The notes beneath the pieces were generated by a model, which did no database searches, was not told where the DNA came from, and saw only the letters and a program-made list of their open reading frames with translations. Made by a program: the position numbers and the translations under genes. Below are positions 27,306 to 38,246 of a stretch of DNA of 41,353 nt, piece by piece. Position 1 is the stretch's first letter. Each line of letters begins with the position of its first letter. Source of the DNA: Ignavibacteriales bacterium (GTDB lineage: Bacteria > Bacteroidota > Ignavibacteria > UBA10030 > UBA6906); NCBI GenBank assembly GCA_037441705.1, contig JBBIRR010000035.1, forward strand, positions 1 to 41,353. The letters are read 5' to 3'.

Positions 27306-27935
27306 ATGGAACTGGAAGTCTATAAAACTGATGGCACCAAGAGCGGAGAGAAAGTAAAACTCTCCGATGAAATCTTCGGCATTGAGCCGAATGAGCATGC
27401 GCTGTATCTCGCGGTTCGGTCGTTTCTCGACAATCAGCGTCAAGGGACGCATAAGGTGAAGACACGGGCTGAAGTGCGCGGCGGCGGCAAGAAGCCGTTC
27501 CGCCAGAAAGGCACCGGCAATGCGCGACAGGGTTCGATCCGCTCGCCCCTCATGATTGGAGGTGGTTCGATCTTCGGCCCTGTGCCGCGGGATTATTCGC
27601 ACGAGCTTCCTGCGAAGATGAAAAAGCTCGCACGCAAGTCTGCTCTCTCCATCAAAGCGAAGGAAGGGCAGATCATGGTGGTGGAGGATTTCTCCTTCGA
27701 GAAGCCGAAGACCAAGGAGATGTCGGCCGTGCTCAAGGCGTTAGAGCTGAGTACCCGGAAAACGCTCTTGCTAACGGCGAAAAGCGATCAGAACGTCTAC
27801 CTCGCCGGACGGAACATCCCCCGTCTTCACATTCTGCCGGCGGACAAAGCATCGACGTATGACTTTCTGAACAATCAGGTGATTCTCTGCCAGAAGGGTG
27901 CCGTCGAGGTTCTTCACAACACGTTCAAACACTGA
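27306..27935 (+). CDS. rplD: 50S ribosomal protein L4
   Basis: RQGTH, GGGKKPFRQKGTGNARQGS. Confidence 0.99.
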   Translation: MELEVYKTDGTKSGEKVKLSDEIFGIEPNEHALYLAVRSFLDNQRQGTHKVKTRAEVRGGGKKPFRQKGTGNARQGSIRSPLMIGGGSIFGPVPRDYSHELPAKMKKLARKSALSIKAKEGQIMVVEDFSFEKPKTKEMSAVLKALELSTRKTLLLTAKSDQNVYLAGRNIPRLHILPADKASTYDFLNNQVILCQKGAVEVLHNTFKH

Positions 27936-27952
27936 ATGAAGAGAACGAGAGT

Positions 27953-28243
27953 ATGATCGGAATTCTTAAACGTCCCATCGTGACAGAGAAGTTGACCGCG
28001 CTGCAGGATAAGGGTGTGTATGCGTTTGAAGTCGACAAGAACGCGAACAAGATTTCAATCGCCCGGGCAGTCGAGAAGAAATTCAACGTTACCGTCGTCA
28101 GTGTCCGGACAAGCAACCACAAAGGGAAGGCGAAGTCGCAGTTGACCCGACGCGGGCGATTTGCCGGGCGCACGGCATCATGGAAAAAAGCATACGTCCA
28201 GCTGAAAGAGGGCGACAAGATCGAATTCTTCCAGAACGTGTAA
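27953..28243 (+). CDS. rplW: 50S ribosomal protein L23
   Basis: [15 protein letters not shown]. Confidence 0.98.
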   Translation: MIGILKRPIVTEKLTALQDKGVYAFEVDKNANKISIARAVEKKFNVTVVSVRTSNHKGKAKSQLTRRGRFAGRTASWKKAYVQLKEGDKIEFFQNV

Positions 28244-28259
28244 TCGGAAGGCGCAGAGT

Positions 28260-29087
28260 ATGGCATTACGAACACTGAAACCAGTAACGCCGGGCACACG
28301 ATGGATGCTCGTGTCCAGCTTCGATGAGATTACCAAGACGAAGCCGGAAAAATCGCTCATCGAGCCGCTGAAAAAATCCGGCGGGCGGAACAACACGGGC
28401 CGCATCACCTCGCGTCATCGTGGCGGCGGGCACAAGCGCATGTATCGTATCATTGATTTCAAGCGCGACAAGACGGGAATGGATGCGAAAGTGATAGCGA
28501 TCGAGTACGATCCCAATCGCAGCGCGCGCATCGCTCTGTTGCAATATCCCGACGGAGAGAAACGATACATCATCGCACCGGAAGGTGTGAAGGTCGGCGA
28601 AAAGCTCCGCTCGGGGCCGGATGCGGAGATCAAGACCGGCAATGCCTTGCCGCTTGCCAATATCCCGGCCGGGACGTTTGTGCACAACATCGAGCTGCGT
28701 CCGGGCAAGGGCGCGCAACTTGCACGCAGTGCTGGAGCCTCCGTGCAGCTCATGGCCAAGGAAGGAAAGTATGCACAGCTCCGTCTCCCTTCGGGTGAAG
28801 TGCGCAACGTACCGCTGGCATGCATGGCAACCATCGGTGTTGTGAGCAACGCCGAGCATGAAAACATCAGTCTTGGCAAGGCGGGGCGATCGCGCTGGCT
28901 GGGTATTCGACCGCAATCGCGCGGCGTTGTGCAGAATCCGGTGGACCACCCGCATGGCGGCGGCGAGGGGAAATCGCCGCAGGGGAACCCTCACCCCGTC
29001 TCGCCCTGGGGCTGGCACACCAAGGGTTTGAAAACGCGTCGGCGAAAGAATCCTTCGAACAAGTTCATTGTCAAACGTCGAAAGTAA
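28260..29087 (+). CDS. rplB: 50S ribosomal protein L2
   Basis: [29 protein letters not shown]. Confidence 0.99.
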   Translation: MALRTLKPVTPGTRWMLVSSFDEITKTKPEKSLIEPLKKSGGRNNTGRITSRHRGGGHKRMYRIIDFKRDKTGMDAKVIAIEYDPNRSARIALLQYPDGEKRYIIAPEGVKVGEKLRSGPDAEIKTGNALPLANIPAGTFVHNIELRPGKGAQLARSAGASVQLMAKEGKYAQLRLPSGEVRNVPLACMATIGVVSNAEHENISLGKAGRSRWLGIRPQSRGVVQNPVDHPHGGGEGKSPQGNPHPVSPWGWHTKGLKTRRRKNPSNKFIVKRRK

Positions 29088-29099
29088 GGAAGCCGGAGC

Positions 29100-29387
29100 A
29101 TGAGTCGTTCGCTCAAAAAAGGTCCGTTTGTCAGCTACAAACTGATGGAGAAAGTTGCGGCGCTGAACAAGGCGAACCAGAAGAAAGTGATTAAAACGTG
29201 GTCGCGTGCCTCTACCATCACCCCGGAATTTGTCGGGCATACGTTTGCCGTGCACAACGGCAACAAGTTCATTCCGGTGTATGTTCACGAAGGCATGGTG
29301 GGGCACAAGTTGGGTGAGTTTGCCCCGACGCGCATCTTCCGCGTGCATCCGGGTGTGAAGAAGGAAGAGACGTCGAAGCCCGGCTGA
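29100..29387 (+). CDS. rpsS: 30S ribosomal protein S19
   Basis: [19 protein letters not shown]. Confidence 0.99.
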   Translation: MSRSLKKGPFVSYKLMEKVAALNKANQKKVIKTWSRASTITPEFVGHTFAVHNGNKFIPVYVHEGMVGHKLGEFAPTRIFRVHPGVKKEETSKPG

Positions 29388-29415
29388 TTGGACTGAACGA
29401 AAACGCAGGAACACT

Positions 29416-29892
29416 ATGGAAGCACGAGCAATAAACAGATACATCGGAACGTCGCCGCGCAAGATGCGCCTGGTGATCGACCTGATCCGCGGCAAACGCG
29501 TGGATGAGGCGCTTCGTCTGCTGCACTTTTCTCCGAAGCATGCGGCGCGCACGGCTGAGAAGGTGCTGCGCTCGGCCATCTCCAATCTGCAGAACAAGGA
29601 CGAAGGCGCGCGCTTCGAGCCGGCCGACATGATCGTGAAAGAAGCTTACGTCGACGGCGGGCTGACAATGAAGCGCATCTCTCCCGCACCCATGGGTCGC
29701 GCGTACCGCATTCGAAAGCGCTCCAACCACGTGACGATTGTCGTGGCCGCCGATAAGAAGGCGGAGAAACCCGCACGCACGAAGGCGGCGCCGAAGCGAG
29801 AGACAAAGGCCAAGCCATCGAAAGCCGAACGTGTCGAACAGAAAGGTGAGAAGAATGCGCCGGCAACTGAGGAATTGAAGGAAACCCGCTAA
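29416..29892 (+). CDS. rplV: 50S ribosomal protein L22 (C-terminally extended)
   Basis: SPRKMRLVIDLIRGK, GRAYRIRKRSNHVTIVV. Confidence 0.98.
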   Translation: MEARAINRYIGTSPRKMRLVIDLIRGKRVDEALRLLHFSPKHAARTAEKVLRSAISNLQNKDEGARFEPADMIVKEAYVDGGLTMKRISPAPMGRAYRIRKRSNHVTIVVAADKKAEKPARTKAAPKRETKAKPSKAERVEQKGEKNAPATEELKETR

Positions 29893-29901
29893 GGAGGACA
29901 T

Positions 29902-30564
29902 TTGGGACAAAAAGTAAATCCAATTGGATTGCGATTAGGCATCATCCGGTCATGGGATTCCAACTGGTACGACGACAGGTCGTTTGCCGGGAAGCTGCAA
30001 GAGGACATGACGATTCGCAACTACGTCCGCAACCGTCTGAAGAAGGCAGGCATCTCCCGGATTTTGATTGAGCGAACGCCCAAGCGCGCGGTCATCACCA
30101 TCAATACTTCTCGACCGGGCATTGTCATCGGCAGAAGCGGGAAGGAGATTGCTCAGTTAGAAGAAGAACTGAAGAAGATCACGAACAAAGAAGTCAAGAT
30201 TCTCATCAACGAGATCAAACGGCCCGAGCTGGATGCGTATCTCGTTGCCGAAAACATTGCGCAGCAGTTGGAGGGGCGTATCGCGTTCCGCCGTGCGATG
30301 AAAAATGCCATTACCGCTGCCATGCGCATGGGCGCCGAAGGTGTTCGCGTGATGACCTCGGGGCGGCTCGGCGGAGCGGAAATGGCGCGACGCGAGCAGT
30401 ACAAAGAAGGACGCATCCCGCTGCATACCCTGCGTGCCGACATTGATTACGCCACGGCGACTGCCCGCACCGTGTACGGTACTATCGGTGTCAAGGTGTG
30501 GATCTGTAAAGGCGAGGTGATCGGCAAGGGCGAAGCCCAGCAGGCATTTGCACGCAAAGGCTAA
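29902..30564 (+). CDS. rpsC: 30S ribosomal protein S3
   Basis: [33 protein letters not shown]; TTG start. Confidence 0.99.
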   Translation: MGQKVNPIGLRLGIIRSWDSNWYDDRSFAGKLQEDMTIRNYVRNRLKKAGISRILIERTPKRAVITINTSRPGIVIGRSGKEIAQLEEELKKITNKEVKILINEIKRPELDAYLVAENIAQQLEGRIAFRRAMKNAITAAMRMGAEGVRVMTSGRLGGAEMARREQYKEGRIPLHTLRADIDYATATARTVYGTIGVKVWICKGEVIGKGEAQQAFARKG

Positions 30565-30582
30565 GCAAGGAGAAGATCACGT

Positions 30583-31014
30583 ATGTTAATGCCCAAGAGA
30601 GTGAAGTATCGGAAAGCGCAACGCGGCCGGATGAAAGGCAAAGCCAAGCGCGGCTCGTCGGTGGATTTCGGGGATTTCGGGTTGAAGGCGCTGGAGCCCG
30701 GCTGGATTACGCAGCGGCAGATCGAAGCGGCACGCGTAACCCTTGCACGCATGATGAAACGCGAAGGAAAGGTCTGGATACGAATCTTTCCGGACAAGCC
30801 GGTCACCAAGAAGCCGGCAGAGACGCGCATGGGATCGGGCAAAGGAGCACCCGAGTACTGGGTGGCGGTGGTCAAGCCAGGCCGCATCCTGTTTGAAGTC
30901 GGCGGCGTCACGAAAGACATCGCCACCGAAGCTCTGACGCTTGCGTCGCACAAGCTTCCGATCAAAACCAAAATCAGCACACGACCGGACTTCGCGACAA
31001 GCACGGCGACATAG
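30583..31014 (+). CDS. rplP: 50S ribosomal protein L16
   Basis: [25 protein letters not shown]. Confidence 0.99.
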   Translation: MLMPKRVKYRKAQRGRMKGKAKRGSSVDFGDFGLKALEPGWITQRQIEAARVTLARMMKREGKVWIRIFPDKPVTKKPAETRMGSGKGAPEYWVAVVKPGRILFEVGGVTKDIATEALTLASHKLPIKTKISTRPDFATSTAT

Positions 31015-31055
31015 TCCAAGAAGAAGAGTACCGTCTGGAGAACATCAACACGATC

Positions 31056-31268
31056 ATGAAAGCACACGAACTGCGACAGTTTTCGGTGGAAGAGTTGAAG
31101 AAGCGGCTTGCCGAGGAAGAGGAGAATCTCGCGAACCTCCGCTTCCAGTTAGCGACAAGCCAGCTTGAGAGTCCGATCAAAGTTCGGACCGTGCGACGCG
31201 AGATCGCGCGGCTGCACACCATCATCAAAGAGAAAATGAACGCCGAACGAGGCGAGGTGAAGGCATGA
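31056..31268 (+). CDS. rpmC: 50S ribosomal protein L29
   Basis: ELR...EEL...NLRFQ...[10 protein letters not shown]. Confidence 0.97.
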   Translation: MKAHELRQFSVEELKKRLAEEEENLANLRFQLATSQLESPIKVRTVRREIARLHTIIKEKMNAERGEVKA

Positions 31269-31540
31269 ACGCAACTACAGCACCACAGCGGACCACGAAG
31301 CGGAAAGTCCGTATCGGGAAAGTTGTCAGCAACAAAATGCAGAAGAGCATCGTCGTGGCGATCGAGCGTCGCGTGCCTCACCCTATCTACAAAAAATATT
31401 TCAAGCGGACGACCAAGCTCATGGCGCACGATGAGCAGCAGGCGGCTGGCATCGGCGATACCGTGAAGATTATGGAGACGCGTCCCCTCAGCCGGCGGAA
31501 ACGGTGGCGTCTGGTTGAGATTCTGGAAAAAGCGAAGTAA
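31265..31540 (+). CDS. rpsQ: 30S ribosomal protein S17
   Basis: [23 protein letters not shown]. Confidence 0.98.
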   Translation: MNATTAPQRTTKRKVRIGKVVSNKMQKSIVVAIERRVPHPIYKKYFKRTTKLMAHDEQQAAGIGDTVKIMETRPLSRRKRWRLVEILEKAK

Positions 31541-31554
31541 CGGGAGTATGGGTC

Positions 31555-31923
31555 ATGATACAGGAAGAGACCAATCTTGTTGTCGCGGATAATTCGGGTG
31601 CGAAGAAAGCCCGGTGCATCCGCGTGCTGGGCGGGCATGACCGCCGCTATGCCGGCCTGGGCGATGTCGTGATCGTGTCGGTGAAGTCGGCGATTCCGGG
31701 CGCCGCGGTCAAAAAAGGTGAGGTGGCGAAAGCCGTCATCGTGCGGACACGCAAGGAGACGCGCCGGAAGGACGGCTCGTTCATCCGCTTCGACGAGAAC
31801 GCCGCCGTGTTGATCAACGACGCGGGTGAGCCGCGGGGCAGCCGCATCTTCGGCCCTGTTGCGCGTGAACTGCGCGAAAAGCAGTATATGAAGATAGTTT
31901 CCCTTGCACCGGAAGTTTTGTAA
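31555..31923 (+). CDS. rplN: 50S ribosomal protein L14
   Basis: [33 protein letters not shown]. Confidence 0.99.
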   Translation: MIQEETNLVVADNSGAKKARCIRVLGGHDRRYAGLGDVVIVSVKSAIPGAAVKKGEVAKAVIVRTRKETRRKDGSFIRFDENAAVLINDAGEPRGSRIFGPVARELREKQYMKIVSLAPEVL

Positions 31924-31936
31924 CGAAGGAAGCAGC

Positions 31937-32260
31937 ATGAAGATTCGAAAGAACGACAACGTTATGGTGATAGCCGGAAACGCCCGCGGCAAAACGGGCA
32001 AAGTGCTGAAGGTGTTTCCGGACAAGGATCGCATCATCGTCGAAGGCGTGAACATCATCAAACGACACACACGCCCGAGCCAGCGCAATCCGCAGGGAGG
32101 CATTGTCCAGAAGGAAGCCCCCATCCACGTCTCGAATGTCATGCTGCTCGATCCGAAGATCAATCAGCCGACGCGGGTCGGCATGAAGGTGATCAAGGAT
32201 GAAACCACGGGAAAGAAATCGCGCGTACGCGTTGCCAAAGCCACCGGCGAAACATTTTGA
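31937..32260 (+). CDS. rplX: 50S ribosomal protein L24
   Basis: [21 protein letters not shown]; ATG 31937 after AAGGA. Confidence 0.98.
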   Translation: MKIRKNDNVMVIAGNARGKTGKVLKVFPDKDRIIVEGVNIIKRHTRPSQRNPQGGIVQKEAPIHVSNVMLLDPKINQPTRVGMKVIKDETTGKKSRVRVAKATGETF

Positions 32261-32330
32261 CGGCGGCGCTCGCGCACGAGTAAAACCAGTCTGACACAGA
32301 CCAGACACGAACAGAGCGAGTAAGAACGTT

Positions 32331-33026
32331 ATGGCAGAAGAACAACAGAAGAAAGCGGGAGCCGGCAAGGGTTCCGACAAGAAGAAAGGGAAGGGAAGCG
32401 CTGCGGCGCAGGCCCCCGACCGACCGCCGCGTGCCTCGGGCAAGGAAGAGCGCGTGACGCCGCGTTTGTTGACCATGTACCGCCAGGAGGTGGTGCCCGC
32501 GCTGATGAAGCGCTTCAAGTACAAGAACGTCATGCAGGTGCCCCGCCTCGAAAAGATTGCCATCAACATCGGCGTCGGGCAGGCAACGCAGGACCCGAAG
32601 CTGGTGGATGCGGCGGCACGCGATCTGGAGATGATTGTCGGACAGAAAGTCGTCATCACGAAAGCGAAGAAGGCAATCTCGAATTTCAAGCTGCGCGAAG
32701 GGATGCCTATCGGGTGCCGCGTGACGCTGCGGCGGGCCCGCATGTGGGAGTTCTTCGATCGCTTCGTGACGATTGTTGTGCCGCGCATGCGCGACTTTCG
32801 CGGGCTGAGCGACAAGTCCTTCGACGGACGCGGCAACTACACCGTCGGCGTGAAGGAACACATTGTCTTTCCCGAAATCGACGTGGACAAGATTTCGAAA
32901 ATCTTCGGGATGGACATCACCTTCGTCACCACGGCGAAGACGGACCAGGAGGCCTATGAGCTGCTCAAAGGCTTGGGCTTCCCCTTTGTAAAGCGTCAGG
33001 AAGTGTTAGAACCGCAAAAAGCTTGA
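32331..33026 (+). CDS. rplE: 50S ribosomal protein L5 (possibly N-terminally extended)
   Basis: [26 protein letters not shown]. Alternative start GTG 32454. Confidence 0.97.
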   Translation: MAEEQQKKAGAGKGSDKKKGKGSAAAQAPDRPPRASGKEERVTPRLLTMYRQEVVPALMKRFKYKNVMQVPRLEKIAINIGVGQATQDPKLVDAAARDLEMIVGQKVVITKAKKAISNFKLREGMPIGCRVTLRRARMWEFFDRFVTIVVPRMRDFRGLSDKSFDGRGNYTVGVKEHIVFPEIDVDKISKIFGMDITFVTTAKTDQEAYELLKGLGFPFVKRQEVLEPQKA

Positions 33027-33036
33027 CAGGAGAACG

Positions 33037-33306
33037 ATGGCCACGACAGCATTCAAAGCACGCGAACGGAAGCGCCAGAAACTTGTTGCAAAGTATGCGG
33101 CGCTCCGCAAGGAGTTGAAGGAAAAGGGAGACTACATCGGCTTGCAGAAGCTGCCGCGCAACGCCAACCCGACGCGCTTGCACAATCGCTGCAACGTTAC
33201 CGGACGGCCGCGCGGCTACATGCGCAAGTTCGGTCTCTCACGCATTGCCTTCCGCGAGCTGGCGCTCGAAGGAAAAATCCCCGGCGTCGTGAAGGCGAGC
33301 TGGTAG
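33037..33306 (+). CDS. rpsN: 30S ribosomal protein S14 (89-aa, zinc-independent type)
   Basis: [28 protein letters not shown]. Confidence 0.98.
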   Translation: MATTAFKARERKRQKLVAKYAALRKELKEKGDYIGLQKLPRNANPTRLHNRCNVTGRPRGYMRKFGLSRIAFRELALEGKIPGVVKASW

Positions 33307-33365
33307 CGCATGAGTACGGCGTTCCGATGTGAACCAACGGTTTTTGAAACAGGAGTCCCAACACC

Positions 33366-33761
33366 ATGACGATGACAGATCCGGTAGCCGATTACCTCAC
33401 CCGTCTGCGCAATGCGCTGCAGGCGCGGCACAAACGCGTCGAGGTTCCGGCGTCGAACCTGAAACGTGAGTTGACCAAGCTGTTGCTTGCCCACAATATG
33501 ATCGCGGGCTTTTCCGAAGAAAAGATCGGCCCGCAAGGCGTGCTGCGCATTCAGCTCAAGTATCACGAGGGCAAGCCCGTCATTAGCGGCTTGAAGCGGG
33601 TGAGCACGCCCGGCTTGCGCAGGTACACCGGCGCCGATGAAATTCCGCGCGTGAAGGGCGGGTTAGGTATCGCCGTGCTTTCCACCTCCAGAGGATTGAT
33701 GACGGATCGGCAGGCTCGTGCGGCGAGGGTCGGCGGAGAACTGCTATGTGAAATCTGGTAA
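33366..33761 (+). CDS. rpsH: 30S ribosomal protein S8
   Basis: TDPVADYLTRLRNA, STPGLRRY, GLGIAVLSTSRG, GGELL. Confidence 0.99.
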   Translation: MTMTDPVADYLTRLRNALQARHKRVEVPASNLKRELTKLLLAHNMIAGFSEEKIGPQGVLRIQLKYHEGKPVISGLKRVSTPGLRRYTGADEIPRVKGGLGIAVLSTSRGLMTDRQARAARVGGELLCEIW

Positions 33762-33800
33762 ACGACGTGTAGAACGAAAGCTGCAAAAGGAGAACACAAC

Positions 33801-34352
33801 GTGTCACGAGTAGGAAAGAAGCCGATTCCCATCGTCAGCGGCGTGAAGATTTCGCAGACCGCACAGGAGGTTTCCATCAAAGGACCGAAAGGCGAGCTGA
33901 GCGCACGTGTGCACGACGACATCGGGTTTGAGATCAAAGACAACCAGATCTTCATCACCCGAAAATCCGATTCGAAAGAAGCGCGCTCGCTACACGGGTT
34001 GTGGCGCGCGCTCATGCAGAACATGATCACGGGTGTAACACAAGGCTATCAGAAAAAACTGGAATTGGTCGGAGTCGGATACAAAGCGGAAATGAAGGGG
34101 AAAAAGCTGCAGCTCTCGTTGGGCTACTCGCATCCCATTCTCTTCACGCCGCCCGATCCGATCAAAATCGAAACGCCGACGCCGACGAACATCACCGTCA
34201 GCGGAATCGACAAGCAGTTGGTGGGACAGGTGGCCGCGAAGATTCGTTCGTTCCGTCCGCCCGAACCGTATAAAGGGAAGGGCATCAAGTACGAAGGCGA
34301 GCACATCCGTCGGAAAGCAGGCAAAGCTGCTGCTGCAGGCGGTGCCAAGTAG
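33801..34352 (+). CDS. rplF: 50S ribosomal protein L6
   Basis: SRVGKKPI, LGYSHP, RPPEPYKGKG; GTG start. Confidence 0.99.
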   Translation: MSRVGKKPIPIVSGVKISQTAQEVSIKGPKGELSARVHDDIGFEIKDNQIFITRKSDSKEARSLHGLWRALMQNMITGVTQGYQKKLELVGVGYKAEMKGKKLQLSLGYSHPILFTPPDPIKIETPTPTNITVSGIDKQLVGQVAAKIRSFRPPEPYKGKGIKYEGEHIRRKAGKAAAAGGAK

Positions 34353-34373
34353 AGTTTTTGAGGAAGTGAAGCA

Positions 34374-34742
34374 ATGATTACCAAACGCAAGCAAGAAAAC
34401 AGAGCGCGCATCAAGGCGCACATCCGCAAGACGGTGTGGGGGACGCCCGAACGTCCGCGGCTGACCGTCTTCCGCAGTCTCAAACACGTCTACGCCCAGA
34501 TTGTGGACGATGTCGCGAACAGGACGCTCGTCTCGGCCTCGGACATCGACAAGGACGTGCGAGCGGAATTCGCCGGATTGAAAGGGCAGACGAATATTGG
34601 GAAGAAAGTAGGACAGCTCGTCGCGAAGAAGGCGCTCGCTGCGAACATCAAGCAAGTCGTCTTCGATCGCAACGGCTATCTGTATCACGGCGTGGTCAAG
34701 GCCACGGCCGATGGTGCGCGTGAAGGGGGATTGAAGTTTTAG
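34374..34742 (+). CDS. rplR: 50S ribosomal protein L18
   Basis: [28 protein letters not shown]. Confidence 0.99.
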   Translation: MITKRKQENRARIKAHIRKTVWGTPERPRLTVFRSLKHVYAQIVDDVANRTLVSASDIDKDVRAEFAGLKGQTNIGKKVGQLVAKKALAANIKQVVFDRNGYLYHGVVKATADGAREGGLKF

Positions 34743-34782
34743 TCGTACCCGGGAGCTGTCGCCCGGATGATGCGTGGAATCT

Positions 34783-34853
34783 TCTCGGGTCGTCCAATGG
34801 CAGGACAGCGGCCTTTGGAGCCGTTAATCGTGGTTCGAATCCACGCCCGAGAG
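34783..34853 (+). tRNA. tRNA-Gln(UUG), inside the spc operon
   Basis: TCTCGGG/CCCGAGA acceptor (U1-A72, G73), D arm GTCC/GGAC, anticodon arm GCGGC-CT-TTG-GA-GCCGT, T arm CGTGG-TTCGAAT-CCACG. Confidence 0.96.
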
Positions 34854-34897
34854 CATGAACACGGAAACACTCACTCTGAATTGCACTGAGGAGAAGC

Positions 34898-35419
34898 TTG
34901 GCACGAATCAAAGCAAGTGAACTGGAACTGAAAGACCGGCTGGTCCACATCAACCGCGTGGCAAAGGTTGTCAAGGGCGGTCGTCGCTTTAGCTTCAACG
35001 CCATTGTTGCGGTGGGCGACGGCAAAGGTCATGTCGGCATCGGACTCGGCAAGGCGAACGAAGTCGCTGACGCGATCGCCAAAGGAGTGGATGATGCGAA
35101 GAAGAATGTCGTGTCCGTCCCCATCGTCAATGGAACGATTCCGCACGAAGTGATCGGGAAGTACGGCGCGGGGAAGGTGATGCTCAAACCGGCGTCGCCC
35201 GGAACCGGCCTGATTGCCGGCGGCGGCGTGCGCGCGGTGCTCGAATCGGCCGGTGTCAAGGACGTTCTGACCAAGTCGCTGGGTTCGTCCAACCCCCACA
35301 ACGTGGTGAAGGCGACGATGAAGGCATTGCTGATGCTGTCGGATGCAAAGACGGTCGCTGCACGACGCGGTGTAACACTTGCAGAGCTGTTCGGCACACA
35401 GCAGGCAACGACGAATTGA
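34898..35419 (+). CDS. rpsE: 30S ribosomal protein S5
   Basis: [32 protein letters not shown]; TTG start after GAGGAG. Confidence 0.99.
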   Translation: MARIKASELELKDRLVHINRVAKVVKGGRRFSFNAIVAVGDGKGHVGIGLGKANEVADAIAKGVDDAKKNVVSVPIVNGTIPHEVIGKYGAGKVMLKPASPGTGLIAGGGVRAVLESAGVKDVLTKSLGSSNPHNVVKATMKALLMLSDAKTVAARRGVTLAELFGTQQATTN

Positions 35420-35427
35420 GGTGAAGC

Positions 35428-35613
35428 ATGGCCAAGAAACTGCGCATAACGCAACGACGGAGCATCATTGATACGCTCGAGAAACACAAGCGCACCATCA
35501 AGGCGCTTGGCTTGGGACGTCCGGGCTACTCCGTCGAAAAGAACGACACGCCGCAAATTCGCGGCATGATTCGCAAAGTCATCCATCTTGTGACGGTCGA
35601 AGAAATCAAGTAA
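35428..35613 (+). CDS. rpmD: 50S ribosomal protein L30
   Basis: LRITQRRS, KALGL, IRGMIRKVIHLV. Confidence 0.96.
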   Translation: MAKKLRITQRRSIIDTLEKHKRTIKALGLGRPGYSVEKNDTPQIRGMIRKVIHLVTVEEIK

Positions 35614-35641
35614 CGATCGTCCGAAAGCATGAGGGTCCATC

Positions 35642-36124
35642 ATGGCACACGATATACTCAGTAGTCTGAAGCCCGCGCCGGGCGCGCGCAGGAAGCGCAA
35701 GCGGATTGGCCGTGGGCAAGGTTCGGGTCACGGCGGCACTGCCACACGCGGTCATAAAGGTGCGAAGTCGCGCTCGGGCTACCGACATCTTGCGGGCTTT
35801 GAAGGCGGGCAGATGCCGTTGGTGCGGCGTGTCCCCAAACGCGGTTTTCACAATCCGTTCAAGAAAGAGTTTCAGATTGTCAATCTCGAACGACTTGAGA
35901 AACTTGCCGCCAACGGCAAAGTGCAGGGCGGTGTGATCACGCCTGAAGTGCTTGTCAAGCTCGGCGTCATCAAGAAAGCCACCGAGCCGGTGAAAATCCT
36001 CGGCGACGGTGAACTGAAGGCGAAGCTCGACGTGACGGCACACGCGTTCAGCAAATCCGCCCAGGAAAAAATCGAGAAGGCAGGCGGCAGGGCTCAACTT
36101 CTTAGCGTAACCCCGAAAGAATAA
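35642..36124 (+). CDS. rplO: 50S ribosomal protein L15
   Basis: RIGRGQGSG, RGHKG, FEGGQMPL, KILGDG. Confidence 0.99.
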   Translation: MAHDILSSLKPAPGARRKRKRIGRGQGSGHGGTATRGHKGAKSRSGYRHLAGFEGGQMPLVRRVPKRGFHNPFKKEFQIVNLERLEKLAANGKVQGGVITPEVLVKLGVIKKATEPVKILGDGELKAKLDVTAHAFSKSAQEKIEKAGGRAQLLSVTPKE

Positions 36125-37449
36125 TGGTCAACATAGCCGAAAGTTTTCGCAACATCTTCAAGATTCAGGAGCTGCGGACGCGGATTCTCTTCACGGCCGC
36201 GCTGTTGATCGTCGTCCGGATTGGCGCGCACATCACGCTTCCCGGTGTGGATGCCGTGCTGTTAGCGCAGGCGGTCAAAAGTCAGGAACAGAACACGCTC
36301 TTCGGCTTTTATGATTTGTTTGTGGGAGGAGCGTTCCACAACGCAGCAATCTTTGCGCTGGGCATCATGCCGTACATCAGCTCCTCGATTATCCTGCAGT
36401 TGCTGGGCGCGGTTGTTCCGTACTTCCAAAAACTCTCGAAAGAGGGAGAGGAAGGTCGTCGCAAGCTCAATCAACTCACGCGCTACGGGACGGTGGTGGT
36501 GGCGGCGCTGCAAGCCTGGGGCGTGAGTGTGCGCTTGCTGAACCTGAACATCAACGGTATCCCGATCGTGCCCGAACCGGTGCAGGGAATAGGCTTCACG
36601 ATTTCGACGGTGATCTTCCTGACGGCGGGAACGATTTTCATGATGTGGCTGGGCGAGCAGATTACAGAGCGCGGAATCGGCAACGGCATCTCGCTCATCA
36701 TCTTCATCGGCATCATTGCGCGGTTCCCGCACTCGATCGTTGATCAATTTGCCGTGAGTCAGAACATCATCATCGGGTTGGTTCTCGTCGGCTTGATGGT
36801 GGCGATCGTGGCGGGTGTGGTGCTGGTGACGCAGGGGACGCGCCGCATCCCCGTCCAGTACGCCAAGCGGGTGGTGGGACGCAAAGTGTACGGCGGCGTC
36901 ACGCAGTACATTCCCATGCGCGTGAATACGGCGGGCGTCATGCCGATCATCTTCGCACAATCCATCATGTTTATCCCGCAAACCATTGCAACGTTCTTTC
37001 CGGACAGCGAATGGATGCAGGAGGCAGCCGGCTACTTTCAGTACACCAGCGTTACGTACTCGGTCGTGTATGCGTTGATGATTATTTTCTTTACCTATTT
37101 CTACACGGCCATTGCATTCAATCCGAAGGACGTTTCGGAGAACATGCAGAAGCAGGGCGGGTTCATCCCGGGCATCAGGCCCGGCAAGCATACGTCGGAC
37201 TACATTGACAACATCCTGACGAAGATCACGCTTCCCGGCTCCATCTTTCTGGCGATCATTGCTATCCTGCCGGCGTTCATGTCGCGGTTTAACGTGACGC
37301 CGAGCTTCGCGCAATTCTTCGGCGGGACAAGTCTCTTGATCATGGTGGGGGTGGCGCTGGATACGTTGCAGCAACTCGAATCGCATCTGTTGATGCGCCA
37401 CTATGATGGATTCATGAAGTCGGGAAAGTTGAAAGGACGATTGCGCTGA
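36124..37449 (+). CDS. secY: Preprotein translocase subunit SecY
   Basis: IFALGIMPYI, WLGEQITERGIGNG, AGVMPIIFA, FIPGIRPG, GGTSLLI. Confidence 0.99.
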   Translation: MVNIAESFRNIFKIQELRTRILFTAALLIVVRIGAHITLPGVDAVLLAQAVKSQEQNTLFGFYDLFVGGAFHNAAIFALGIMPYISSSIILQLLGAVVPYFQKLSKEGEEGRRKLNQLTRYGTVVVAALQAWGVSVRLLNLNINGIPIVPEPVQGIGFTISTVIFLTAGTIFMMWLGEQITERGIGNGISLIIFIGIIARFPHSIVDQFAVSQNIIIGLVLVGLMVAIVAGVVLVTQGTRRIPVQYAKRVVGRKVYGGVTQYIPMRVNTAGVMPIIFAQSIMFIPQTIATFFPDSEWMQEAAGYFQYTSVTYSVVYALMIIFFTYFYTAIAFNPKDVSENMQKQGGFIPGIRPGKHTSDYIDNILTKITLPGSIFLAIIAILPAFMSRFNVTPSFAQFFGGTSLLIMVGVALDTLQQLESHLLMRHYDGFMKSGKLKGRLR

Positions 37450-37464
37450 CAGGCGCCGAACGGT

Positions 37465-38229
37465 ATGGCACGGGTTCCGATAAAGTCGCCGCGGGAGATC
37501 GAACTGATTCGAGAGAGCAGTCAGATTGTGGCGGAAGTGCTGGCGCTGTTAGGCTCCCGCATCAAGCCCGGCATGCACACACAGGAACTGGATGAGATAG
37601 CCGAGCGGTTCATCCGCTCGCGAGGCGGTACCCCGGCATTCAAGGGTTACGGGCGCGACACATCCAATCCGTTTCCGGCAAGCATCTGTATTTCGGTGGA
37701 TGACGTGGTTGTGCACGGCATCCCGAACGGTACGGTGTTGGAGGAAGGGCAGATCGTTTCGATTGATGTTGGGGTGAGGAAGAACGGCTATTACGGCGAC
37801 GGCGCGCGGACATTTCCTGTCGGGCGCATATCGGAGGAGAAGCGGCGGCTCTTGCGGGTCACCGAGGAGTCGCTCTACAAAGGCATCGAGCAGGCAGTCG
37901 CCGGCAACCATCTGCACGATGTGTCGTTCGCCGTTCAGAAACACGTTGAGGCCAACGGGTTCTCTGTCGTGCGCGATTTGGTCGGGCACGGCGTCGGCAA
38001 GAGTTTGCACGAGGAGCCGGCGATTCCGAACTACGGCGAACCCGGCACCGGCATCAAGTTGAAAGAAGGAATGGTGCTTGCCATCGAACCGATGGTCAAC
38101 GCAGGTACCTACAAAGTGGAAGTCGAGGCGGACGGCTGGACCGTGCGTACAGCGGACAGAAAACCGTCTGCACACTTCGAGCACACAGTTGTTGTACGGA
38201 AAGGAGAACCGGAAATCCTGACCCGCTGA
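37465..38229 (+). CDS. map: Type I methionine aminopeptidase
   Basis: VVHGIP, SIDVG...GD, GHGVG, HEEP, AIEPM, SAHFEHT metal ligands. Confidence 0.98.
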   Translation: MARVPIKSPREIELIRESSQIVAEVLALLGSRIKPGMHTQELDEIAERFIRSRGGTPAFKGYGRDTSNPFPASICISVDDVVVHGIPNGTVLEEGQIVSIDVGVRKNGYYGDGARTFPVGRISEEKRRLLRVTEESLYKGIEQAVAGNHLHDVSFAVQKHVEANGFSVVRDLVGHGVGKSLHEEPAIPNYGEPGTGIKLKEGMVLAIEPMVNAGTYKVEVEADGWTVRTADRKPSAHFEHTVVVRKGEPEILTR

Positions 38230-38246
38230 GTCGGGAATCCTACAGC

